From assembly GCA_945947575.1 (NCBI GenBank), contig CAMEYM010000007.1, forward strand, positions 26,862-90,861: a stretch of DNA of 64,000 nt. The letters are read 5' to 3'. A program made the translations under genes and the position numbers. Below the pieces are notes generated by a model. It ran no database searches, was not told the DNA's origin, and was given only the letters and a program-made list of their open reading frames with translations. Source of the DNA: Rhizobium sp. Q54 (GTDB lineage Bacteria; Pseudomonadota; Alphaproteobacteria; UBA2966; CAIVPW01). Positions 48,141 through 56,169 of this stretch are shown one piece after another (position 1 is the stretch's first letter; every line of letters begins with the position of its first letter).

Positions 48141-49547
48141 ATGGGGAGAGCGGTCTCGGCAATCCAGTTGAAAAGTCCCGAAGCGAGGGCTCAATTGCCG
48201 CCCCGCGATTGGCCCTATTGGTTCCGCATCGGCCGGGCGCGTTTCTTGGGATATTTCAGGCCCAGGGCAGGGTCGGGCACTTGGCAGGTTCAGTTCGGGT
48301 ATGTGTCCGAGGGTCGCACCAAGTATCGGCAGGAGCGACTTGGTTCCGCGGACGACTCCGTACCCTCGAACGGCGACCACGTCCTCGACTTCGACCAAGC
48401 ACTTGGTGCCGCGAAGCACGTCATCGCCGTCAACGGTCAAAAGGTCGTTCGGGCCAACTTCGGCGCGTCGCCCGACCGCCTACTGTATTGGCCCATTGGG
48501 GACACCTACACGGTCGGGCACGCCGTCCACGACTACTTGCGGTACATCCTCCTCTATCGCAGGTCGGGAGCATCGGTCATCTACCAAGCGAACCGATACA
48601 TTCTGCCGGACCTCGGCACGATCGCCGTATCCGAGCTTTCGCCGGACCGTTTGCGCGACTGGTTCGAGATCCTATCGCGCATCCCCGCTGCGCGCGGCAC
48701 CGGCCAACCCCTTCTGAACCCAAGCGCAGACGATATGCGTCGCCGTAAGGTCGCGGCAAATCGCATCCTGTCCGTGCTTACGTCCGCACTCAACCTTGCC
48801 TTTCGCGATGGCAAGGCGAACGACGATCGCGCTTGGCGCCGGGTGCGCCAACACAAGGTGCCCAGTATTCGCCTCCGCTACCTCACTGAGGACGAGGCAC
48901 GCGACTTCCTGCGGGAGTCGCCAGCGGATTTTCGCGACCTTGTGCTCGCAGCTCTTTGCACGGGCTGTCGGCAGGGGGAGCTGATACGCATGAAGGTGGA
49001 TGCCTTCGATAGCGCCCACAGTCGCGTCTACGTGGCGCCAAGCAAGAATGGCCGAGACAGGTGGCTTGCTCTGCCACCGGAAGGGGCAGACTTGTTTGCG
49101 CGCCTCGTGCGGCGTCGTGCCTCCACGGAACCTATGTTCCTAGGAGAGAGCGGCCAACCCTGGACGAACGGGCTTGCCGGCGATCAGATGCGCGCAACTA
49201 GGACGCGCTTGCGCCTTGGGCGCGACGTAGTGTTCCACACGCTGCGCCACACGTACGCCAGCTATCTGGTAATGGCCGGTGCGCCGCTGCTGGCGGTGAT
49301 GAAGTTGCTCGGACATTCGAGTTTGGACCAGGTGATCCGCTACGCGCACCTAAGCCCGGACTTTCTCACGGAGTCCGTTCTTCAACACTTTCCCCCAATG
49401 CTGCAGGGGGCGCCCGATGCAGCACCGGTGGTCAGTAACGCGACAGCAGCGCGCCGCGATTGGGATGCGTTTCAAGGCCATCCCGTTCAGAGGGCTCGGG
49501 AGTGGAGGGGTTGGCGCAACTCACTGCCAGCCTGGGCACGGGCCTAG
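48141..49547 (+). CDS. Tyrosine recombinase/integrase with arm-binding-type N-terminus
   Basis: Catalytic residues TGCR(QGEL), FHTLRH, LLGHS, RYAHL; N-terminal PYW..LGY..GTW. Confidence 0.93.
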   Translation: MGRAVSAIQLKSPEARAQLPPRDWPYWFRIGRARFLGYFRPRAGSGTWQVQFGYVSEGRTKYRQERLGSADDSVPSNGDHVLDFDQALGAAKHVIAVNGQKVVRANFGASPDRLLYWPIGDTYTVGHAVHDYLRYILLYRRSGASVIYQANRYILPDLGTIAVSELSPDRLRDWFEILSRIPAARGTGQPLLNPSADDMRRRKVAANRILSVLTSALNLAFRDGKANDDRAWRRVRQHKVPSIRLRYLTEDEARDFLRESPADFRDLVLAALCTGCRQGELIRMKVDAFDSAHSRVYVAPSKNGRDRWLALPPEGADLFARLVRRRASTEPMFLGESGQPWTNGLAGDQMRATRTRLRLGRDVVFHTLRHTYASYLVMAGAPLLAVMKLLGHSSLDQVIRYAHLSPDFLTESVLQHFPPMLQGAPDAAPVVSNATAARRDWDAFQGHPVQRAREWRGWRNSLPAWARA

Positions 49548-49747
49548 CGCACGACCAGCTTGGGCATGGCTGCGCCTCTCACTGCGGCGTGGAGGCAGGT
49601 CTCAATACGCTTGCGCCGATTGTTTGTAGGTGCGGCTGCTTCGGCACAACGGCACCGGGTGCTCGCGACTGCTCCAGATGCTTGCGCGCCCAGGCCCGCC
49701 CCCTGGCGCCAACAAAGCAAGTGCGAGCGCCGTTCCAGCGCGCCCGC

Positions 49748-50026
49748 TTAGCGTTTGGGGCGCGCTCGGTTGGTCCGGGCACTTCGGTGGCTAGCAAACC
49801 GAACGCCTTCGCCGCTCCCGTTCTCAGCAAGGAAGGAGAGGCCGGCGCGTTCGAGGGCTCGACGAATATCTGCGAGGGTTCGTGAGTACGGTTTTCGCCG
49901 TCCCCCCTCAAAGTCGGCAATGGTCTTGATCGCGACTTCCGCCGCCAGGGCCAAGTGACCTTGGGTCCAGCCCAACAGTCCGCGGCCGGCCCGGCATTGC
50001 TCAGGGGTCAAATCAGGCTCACTCAT
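49748..50026 (-). CDS. XRE/Cro-family HTH transcriptional regulator
   Basis: LTPEQCRAGRGLLGWTQ.HLA....V...TI.DFE.G, typical of small alphaproteobacterial XRE proteins. Confidence 0.88.
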   Translation of the reverse strand: MSEPDLTPEQCRAGRGLLGWTQGHLALAAEVAIKTIADFEGGRRKPYSRTLADIRRALERAGLSFLAENGSGEGVRFASHRSARTNRARPKR

Positions 50027-50058
50027 AGGATTACTTCTATACGATAACCTTACCGATT

Positions 50059-50070
50059 TCAAGTTGACTT
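50059..50070. promoter_or_regulatory. Overlapping palindromes in the xre/gp157 divergent spacer (candidate operator)
   Basis: TCAA-G-TTGA (50059-50067) and AAGT-TG-ACTT (50061-50070) in an AT-rich 100-bp spacer. Confidence 0.35.
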
Positions 50071-50126
50071 GCGGTCGGGGTGGAGCGTCATTGCGGCCGT
50101 AGACCACTTCAAACCTGCGAGGACCG

Positions 50127-50627
50127 ATGACCCACTTGACCCAAGAACTCGGCATTCACCTCCGGCTGCGGCAGCGGATTCAGGAGCTCTTTCCAAACAC
50201 GGATGAGGAAACTCTGGCAGACACCGTCGAGGGCTTAACCCGGCTAGACGACGTGCTGGCCGAGGTCGTGCGCTCGACGCTGCATGATGAAGCGCTCGCC
50301 GAGGCGCTGAAGGCCCGCATCAGCGGGATGCGTGCCCGCCTAGATCGGCTCGAAGCGGCGGCGGAAACAAAGCGCGCGGCTGTGGCGGCCGCGATGTCGG
50401 ATGCACAAATGCGCATCTTCATGATGCCGGAGGCAACGGTGTCGCTACGCGACCTGCCGCCGAAGTTGGTTGTGACCGACGAGGAAGCGATTCCCGATGC
50501 CTACTGGAAGCCGCAGCCGCCGAAGCTTGATCGCCGAGAGCTGGGCGATGCTCTCAAGGCAGGCGCGAACCTGCCCGGCGCGGTATTGGGAAATGGCGGT
50601 GTGACCCTGGCGGTGAGGGTGAAATGA
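50127..50627 (+). CDS. Siphovirus Gp157-family protein
   Basis: DEETLADTVEG, coiled-coil, IPDAYWK...KLDR..L.DALKAG..LPGA.L; GTGA-coupled to the Rad52 gene. Confidence 0.82.
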   Translation: MTHLTQELGIHLRLRQRIQELFPNTDEETLADTVEGLTRLDDVLAEVVRSTLHDEALAEALKARISGMRARLDRLEAAAETKRAAVAAAMSDAQMRIFMMPEATVSLRDLPPKLVVTDEEAIPDAYWKPQPPKLDRRELGDALKAGANLPGAVLGNGGVTLAVRVK

Positions 50628-51514
50628 CCGGCTTCTCCGCAAAACAGACTGTCACCCTTCGAGGCAAGCTCGATGGGGCACGGATACGCACCAGGGAGTG
50701 CAATGGCTCAACGCGGTCGTATCTTGAGGGTTGGTACGTCATCGCTGAGGCCAATCGGATCTTTGGCTTCGACGGCTGGGGTAGGGAGACCGTCGATGCG
50801 CGATGCATCTGGCAGGGGCGGGACGGGAGCAGCCTTGGATGCTCCTACATCGCCAGAGTCCGGATCATCGTCTACGCGGGTGATCGTGTCCTGACCCGAG
50901 AAGGGTCCGGCGCGGGTCACGGACGAGCTGATTCAGCGGGCGAGGCACACGCCAACGCCGTCAAGGAGGCTGAGACAGACGCTACCAAGCGCGCCCTGGC
51001 GACCTTTGGCAATCGCTTCGGATTGGCCCTCTATGATCCGAAACAGAACGGAGTCCGACAGCCATCACCAGCACGCGAGCGTACTGTCCGACACGAGCCG
51101 CGGGCGCTGCGAGCCGACGAGAGGTCGGGCGCGCAAATCGAGCGAAGCCTCGCGGAAATCGCTCCCATGCTTGTCCGTCCAATTCGTAGACGTGACAAAC
51201 AACATCTTCAGTTCGTCGGCAGCCAACCGTGCCTCGTGTGCGGCCGAACGCCGTCCCACGCGCATCATGTGAACTTCCTGCAACCGCGCGGTATGGGTCA
51301 AAAGGCCAGCGATGAATTCACCGTACCGCTATGTGCGATTCACCACCGCGCACTGCATGACTCAGGAAAGGAGCAGGACTGGTGGACGGCCACAAACATT
51401 GATCCGGCGCCGCATGCACTCAGCCTCTGGCAAATGAGCCAGCGAACGCTAGTCGACGAATCTCATTCGACCGCACCAGCCTTGCCACCGCTTAGCCAAG
51501 AACCAAGGACCTGA
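50624..51514 (+). CDS. Rad52/Rad22 (Sak-like) single-strand annealing protein with C-terminal DUF968/HNH-like domain
   Basis: YLEGWYVIAEANRIFGFDGW, KEAETDATKRAL.TFGN.FGLALYD; C-terminal CLVCG..HAHH..SDEFTVPLCAIHH..LH. Confidence 0.85.
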   Translation: MTGFSAKQTVTLRGKLDGARIRTRECNGSTRSYLEGWYVIAEANRIFGFDGWGRETVDARCIWQGRDGSSLGCSYIARVRIIVYAGDRVLTREGSGAGHGRADSAGEAHANAVKEAETDATKRALATFGNRFGLALYDPKQNGVRQPSPARERTVRHEPRALRADERSGAQIERSLAEIAPMLVRPIRRRDKQHLQFVGSQPCLVCGRTPSHAHHVNFLQPRGMGQKASDEFTVPLCAIHHRALHDSGKEQDWWTATNIDPAPHALSLWQMSQRTLVDESHSTAPALPPLSQEPRT

Positions 51515-51517
51515 CCC

Positions 51518-51543
51518 CCTTGGCGGTCGGGTTAGCGCCAAGG
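51518..51543. terminator. Hairpin between the convergent recombination and packaging operons
   Basis: CCTTGGCG-10 nt-CGCCAAGG; no clear U-tract. Confidence 0.4.
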
Positions 51544-52968
51544 CCGACGAACGTATCCCATTGCAGCCTCAAGGACGGGATCGCGGTCCCAGTACACGTC
51601 AAAGCGATTCTGGGCGCGCTGGTCAGCCCACTTTAGGAACTGCGACACGCTATCGACCTGATCGTCGTGCCGGCTGCTTGGGAATGCCAACAGCTCCTCG
51701 AGGAAAGCAGACAACCAAGGCGCGTCCTCGGGGATGTGGACCCTGCCCGCCTCAATCATAGTGGCTTGAACGTCAAGGCGGGAAACCTTGTCGCTTCCGG
51801 GCTCAATGGCGATGACCGAGATGCCTCCCTGCTTCCGCAGTTCTTGCAATAGGGCGATGCCCGACCCCTTGTCTTCGATGAGGACCGCGTTCGCAGAGAA
51901 CTTCTTGTGTAGCCGGAGAGCCGCGGTTCTGAGGGCCGGATACTCGAGGCGCTCCCGGTAGACGTCTACCAGAAAGTAGTTCTCGCCCGCCTCGAACCAC
52001 GTCGTGCAGACCGAATAATCGTTGCCCGCGTTTCCCTTCATCGCGGTATCCCAACTCTGCACAATGCGACTTGGTTGAGGTGCGATTGCGTAGGGTTGGA
52101 GCCACTCTCGCTTGACGAGATTGCCGGCATCCGGCACGGGGCGCTGCAGGTATTGCGCCGAAAAGTTGGACGACCCCATCGTCTTCTGCAGCTCGTCCAA
52201 CACGCTCTTTGGTTCGCGTGCCGGATGAAGGAGTTCGCCGCGGCGCATGTGGTGCACCACGCCCGGGCCCGTCGGAACCGATAGGTCCTCAGCAGCGATC
52301 GCGGGTAGGCAGAGATGGTGCCAACCACCGTCGAGAAGTAGGTGGCCAATGAGGTCCTCCACGTGCAGGCGCTGCATGACGACAATGATCGCCCCCGTGC
52401 GCTTGCTATTCAGGCGGGTCGAGAGCGTCGAGCGATACCAATTGATGACCTTATCGCGTGCCACCTTCGACATCCGCTCTTCAGGCTTCATGGGATCGTC
52501 GACAATGAGAACGTCGGCGCCACGCCCGGTAAGCGTTCCGTCAACGGACGTGGCGTAGCGCGAGCCTCCCTGCGTGGTTTTGTACTCCGACGCAGTATCG
52601 CTGGCCGCCGCCGTCGCCGGAAACGTGTCGCGGTACCAGTCAGCCTTCATCGTCAGGCGCGCCTTCCCCGCCAGATCGTTGGCGAGATCCTGGGAATAGC
52701 TCGCGCATGTGACGTGCTTGCGGGGATCGCGGCCCAGGATCCAGGCCGGCAACGCCACGGACGCGCAAATGGACTTGAGGTTACGTGGGGGCATCGAAAT
52801 CAGCAGACGCCGCTGGGCCCCATTGGCGCAACGTGCCAGTTGGTGACAGATGGCGTCGATATGCCAGTTCCGCTCGAATTGCGCTCCGGTGACCGTCTGG
52901 AACGTTCGCTCCACGAAGGCGCCGAAGTCGTTACGCAGGACAGCTTGCAGTTCGGCCTTAGTCGACAT
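51532..52968 (-). CDS. terL: Phage terminase large subunit
   Basis: Walker A-like MPPRNLKS, Walker B LIVDDP, nuclease SWDTA, IEDKGSG, HDDQVDS; reading frame intact. Confidence 0.9.
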   Translation of the reverse strand: MSTKAELQAVLRNDFGAFVERTFQTVTGAQFERNWHIDAICHQLARCANGAQRRLLISMPPRNLKSICASVALPAWILGRDPRKHVTCASYSQDLANDLAGKARLTMKADWYRDTFPATAAASDTASEYKTTQGGSRYATSVDGTLTGRGADVLIVDDPMKPEERMSKVARDKVINWYRSTLSTRLNSKRTGAIIVVMQRLHVEDLIGHLLLDGGWHHLCLPAIAAEDLSVPTGPGVVHHMRRGELLHPAREPKSVLDELQKTMGSSNFSAQYLQRPVPDAGNLVKREWLQPYAIAPQPSRIVQSWDTAMKGNAGNDYSVCTTWFEAGENYFLVDVYRERLEYPALRTAALRLHKKFSANAVLIEDKGSGIALLQELRKQGGISVIAIEPGSDKVSRLDVQATMIEAGRVHIPEDAPWLSAFLEELLAFPSSRHDDQVDSVSQFLKWADQRAQNRFDVYWDRDPVLEAAMGYVRRPWR

Positions 52969-53440
52969 CGGGGCGCTCCGTCGTTGCCTCGTTTGCGATC
53001 TCCTCGGAAGTAGCCTGAGCCGCCTCACCCTCCGCTGGTGTGCGGCCACCCGCCGCCTGGGCCTTCGCTTGTGCGCGCCGCAGCGCGCGTTCCTCGAAGT
53101 GCGCCAAGATCGCGGCCTCATCGTCGCTAAGCGTTGCTGCCTCCATCTGTTCGATCTCCGGCCCCATTAGACGGGCCATGATGTTGAACAAGGTGGCCTG
53201 AGCGCGTCCGTCACCTTTGATTGCATTGTTGAGAAGGCTCTTCACAACAGCACGCTGCTTGCTGATCTTTCGCTGGATCGGTCCCTCTCGGACGGCGATC
53301 CGCTCGCTCAGCTCCTCTGCTAGGTCCGTCTTCAGGTTCTTCGTTCCGCGCGGGCGCCCCTTCGGGTTGCCCGACTGGCCCTTCTTGAAGCGGTGTTCGC
53401 GCGGGGGCTTGCCATAGCCGACGTCGTCTGCGTCAGTCAT
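52958..53440 (-). CDS. DUF5681 protein (probable terminase small subunit)
   Basis: VGYGKPP..HRFKKGQSGNPKGRP signature; directly upstream of and overlapping terL. Confidence 0.82.
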   Translation of the reverse strand: MTDADDVGYGKPPREHRFKKGQSGNPKGRPRGTKNLKTDLAEELSERIAVREGPIQRKISKQRAVVKSLLNNAIKGDGRAQATLFNIMARLMGPEIEQMEAATLSDDEAAILAHFEERALRRAQAKAQAAGGRTPAEGEAAQATSEEIANEATTERPDVD

Positions 53441-54797
53441 GATCAACTCCGTCGGCCGGCAGCTGATCGCCATGCGCCGCATTGCGATCACCAGCCACCT
53501 GCGAGAACGTGCGGTGCGACGTGGCGTGATTTGCCTCTGTCCGGCTGTAGCGCTCCCAGCGACGCACAGCAGAGTCAACGTAGTAGGGATCAAGCTCGAC
53601 AAGGCGCGCGCGACGCCCGGTCATCTCGGCAGCAATCAATGTGGTGCCACTGCCGCCGAATGGATCCAGAACAACAGCGCCGCGCGTCGAGCAGTCCTTG
53701 ATCGCGTCAGCCACAAGGGCTGCCGGTTTGACGGTGGGGTGCATTGCAAGCGCCTCGGCACGGTTGATGTCGGGCGCGTCCGCCGCCGAGTACTCCCAGA
53801 CATTGGTGCGGGTACGGCCGTGCTGACCCAGCTCAAAGTTGTTGATGTGAGGTGCGTCGCCGTTCTTTAGGACGAAGACAAGCTCGTGTTGCGAGCGATA
53901 GAACGTTCCCATCCCGATCGCCGCCTTCTTCCAGACGCAGAGGTTCTTCCAGGTGAGGCGGGCCCCATGAGCGGCGTGGAGAATCTCGGGCGTGTGACGC
54001 CAGTCCATGCAGACAAAGTGGATCGAGCCGCTTGCGCTGTGTGCAGCCGCCAGGCGCAGAAAAATGCCCAGGAACGCGCTGTACTCATCCGACGACATCT
54101 CGCCGGATGCCATCGCGAACTCGCGGTGCTGGATCGCACCGAGACCTCCGGCGTGCCCGGCAATGCGGACGTTGTAGGGCGGATCGGTAAACACCATCTG
54201 GGCGAGCTCGCCGCCGAGGAGCACGTCGTAGCTCTCGCCCGCACACGCATCGCCGCACACAATTCGATGCGGGCCGCATTCCCACATGTCGCCCGGTCGG
54301 CTCACCGCCGGACCGGCACGTTCGACCGCCGCGACGACGTCTGCCTTCGGGTCAGCTTTTCCGCGTGCGGCCCCCTCGATGATCAAGTCGATCTCGGGCG
54401 CACTGAAACCTGTTACCGTGGTGTCGAATGAGACGGCGGTAAGGTTCTCGAGCTCAGCCGCGAGAATCTCCATGTTCCAGCTGGCGTTTTCTGCGATCTT
54501 GTTGTCGGCGAGACGTAGGGCCGACTTCTGGCGGTCAGTAAGGCCAAAGACCCGCATGACCGGGAAAGACTGAAGCCCGATCTGCTGTGCAGCAAGCCAA
54601 CGGCCATGCCCGGCGATGATCTCGCCCGTCGGATCTGCCACGATCGGATTGGTGGCGCCAAACTCGCGGATGCTGCGGGAAATTTGTCGAATCTGACCCT
54701 TTGAATGCGTGCGCGCATTGCTCGGGGACGGTCGTAGTGAGTTTAAGGGTGCAATCTCTGCCCGAACCCACTTGGTAATATCGGTCGGCAACGCCAT
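53433..54797 (-). CDS. ParB-like N-domain fused to a beta-class N6A/N4C DNA methyltransferase
   Basis: NARTHS..QI..SI.EFG.TNPI, IIAGHGR; motif IV FTDPPYN precedes motif I DPFGGSGTT; HPTVKP. Confidence 0.9.
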   Translation of the reverse strand: MALPTDITKWVRAEIAPLNSLRPSPSNARTHSKGQIRQISRSIREFGATNPIVADPTGEIIAGHGRWLAAQQIGLQSFPVMRVFGLTDRQKSALRLADNKIAENASWNMEILAAELENLTAVSFDTTVTGFSAPEIDLIIEGAARGKADPKADVVAAVERAGPAVSRPGDMWECGPHRIVCGDACAGESYDVLLGGELAQMVFTDPPYNVRIAGHAGGLGAIQHREFAMASGEMSSDEYSAFLGIFLRLAAAHSASGSIHFVCMDWRHTPEILHAAHGARLTWKNLCVWKKAAIGMGTFYRSQHELVFVLKNGDAPHINNFELGQHGRTRTNVWEYSAADAPDINRAEALAMHPTVKPAALVADAIKDCSTRGAVVLDPFGGSGTTLIAAEMTGRRARLVELDPYYVDSAVRRWERYSRTEANHATSHRTFSQVAGDRNAAHGDQLPADGVDHD

Positions 54798-55300
54798 GTG
54801 CACGCTCCTGCCTTCGGGAGCGCAGAATGCGATCTCCCTACAAGCACCGTTTTGCAAAGGCGTTAGCAGGATCGGTCGATTGTTCGACCCTAGACGCATC
54901 GCGGAGGGTCGGAAGCCTCTCGGCGCTCATTCTGATCTGTTAGATCTTCAATCGGATTTGCAGATCTATTCGGCGCAGCTCTATCGATCCTCGCGGGTCG
55001 AGGCGCGGATGACCGGTTCGAGCTCCGGGTTGACCATACCTCTCGCTCAAGCTGAGGGCGCAGACTCGGGGCTGTTCCGATCCTGTCGGGCCCTCAATTA
55101 ATTGGATTTGCAAGCACGGTCGATGGGACCCAGCATCCGTCGAGGCGCGCGGCGCGGCCGACCGGTTATTGCCTCTCCGACATTGTTAAGACGTGGCGAT
55201 CCTGCAGATCCGCATCTGGGTTTGCGGCACGTCGCCGGCGCGCAACTCACCCGCTGTTGCGCCCCCTGGCGTCATCGCCCCTCATCCTTGTTGTTCGCGA

Positions 55301-55471
55301 ATGAGTCGTATTCGTTTCCCTGTTCCGCCGCTCAGCGAACAGGCGACGGAGGCCGCAGCGCTTGGCGAACTCGCCCGCGAGGTCGAACTGTTCCCTCTAT
55401 TTTCCCTCAGGATCAGGGAATGCGTACGAGCTCGACCCGACCGTTGGTCGTTCAACGGTCACCGGAATTGA
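55301..55471 (+). pseudogene. Possible type I restriction specificity subunit (HsdS) fragment
   Basis: IRFPVPPLSEQ matches the conserved HsdS spacer motif PxPPLxEQ; the rest is not recognisable. Confidence 0.35.
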
Positions 55472-55677
55472 CGGACTTCTTGTGACCAAAACGGGGGCAC
55501 CGCGCCGTGCACCTGATGGCGCGGCTTACGCTTTTGTGGGGTGTCGCTGAGCGTCGTCCGCGACCTACGCCGGGTGCGTCGACCTGCTTTGTTGCCCCTG
55601 TTGGGAATCGGCACGGTCGTATGAACTGTTACACCGGGCCGACTGGGTGCCAGATTCTGCCAGCCAGCGCTGGGTGC

Positions 55678-55878
55678 CTAGCCGGAGCTTCGCCCGAGAC
55701 GCGAGTTGAAGTTCGCTATGCGTTCGGCCTCGAGGGTACTCGCGCGGTCGTCCAACTCCCTTGCGTGTTCGAGGAGCCCGGCCCGGTCAGCGGCGTCCTC
55801 GGTAGATTCAGCGCGACTACGCATTACCTCCGCCAACATCCTTAGTTTTCGGCTGACGCCGGTGCGATCTTCACCCAT
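55678..55878 (-). CDS. Small hypothetical protein (66 aa, helical and charged)
   Basis: ATG-started ORF with protein-like composition; no motif recognised. Confidence 0.4.
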   Translation of the reverse strand: MGEDRTGVSRKLRMLAEVMRSRAESTEDAADRAGLLEHARELDDRASTLEAERIANFNSRLGRSSG

Positions 55879-55988
55879 TTACATCCAGCACTTTAGGCCA
55901 ATAAACGAAGTGACGAAGTCGGTCCGCCGGCCCTGCTCCGGCAGCTAACCAGGGCGTTGCGACAAGATCGCCGCCGGGCGCAATAGGC

Positions 55989-56153
55989 ATGCGCAAACGC
56001 TGCAGGCACTTCGATGCGGGTCCGACGTTGGCACCGCGTTACTACCACAACGTGTCGCCCAAGCAACATTTGCTGACCTACCAACAAGCGTCTCTCCGGT
56101 GGATGGGCGGGCGGTTGGAACTTCGTATTCGACAAGCGCGGCTCAGCGTGTGA
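55989..56153 (+). pseudogene. Possible IS1595-family transposase C-terminal remnant
   Basis: Manual translation MRKR...RYYHNVSPKQHLLTYQQASLRW resembles the IS1595 C-terminal YHxVSxKHLxxY..F.R motif. Confidence 0.3.
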
Positions 56154-56169
56154 GTCGCGGCGGCAGGCT

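Larger units (their letters stand above)
48141..54797. mobile_element. Integrated phage-related island without capsid, portal, tail or replication genes; ends undefined
   Basis: int, xre, gp157, sak, terL, DUF5681 and parB-MTase are contiguous; no att direct repeat found by eye. Confidence 0.8.

Noticed and set aside
48141-54797. Complete prophage or gene transfer agent
   Set aside because: There are no portal, capsid, tail or lysis genes in the window, and core genes resume at 56170.
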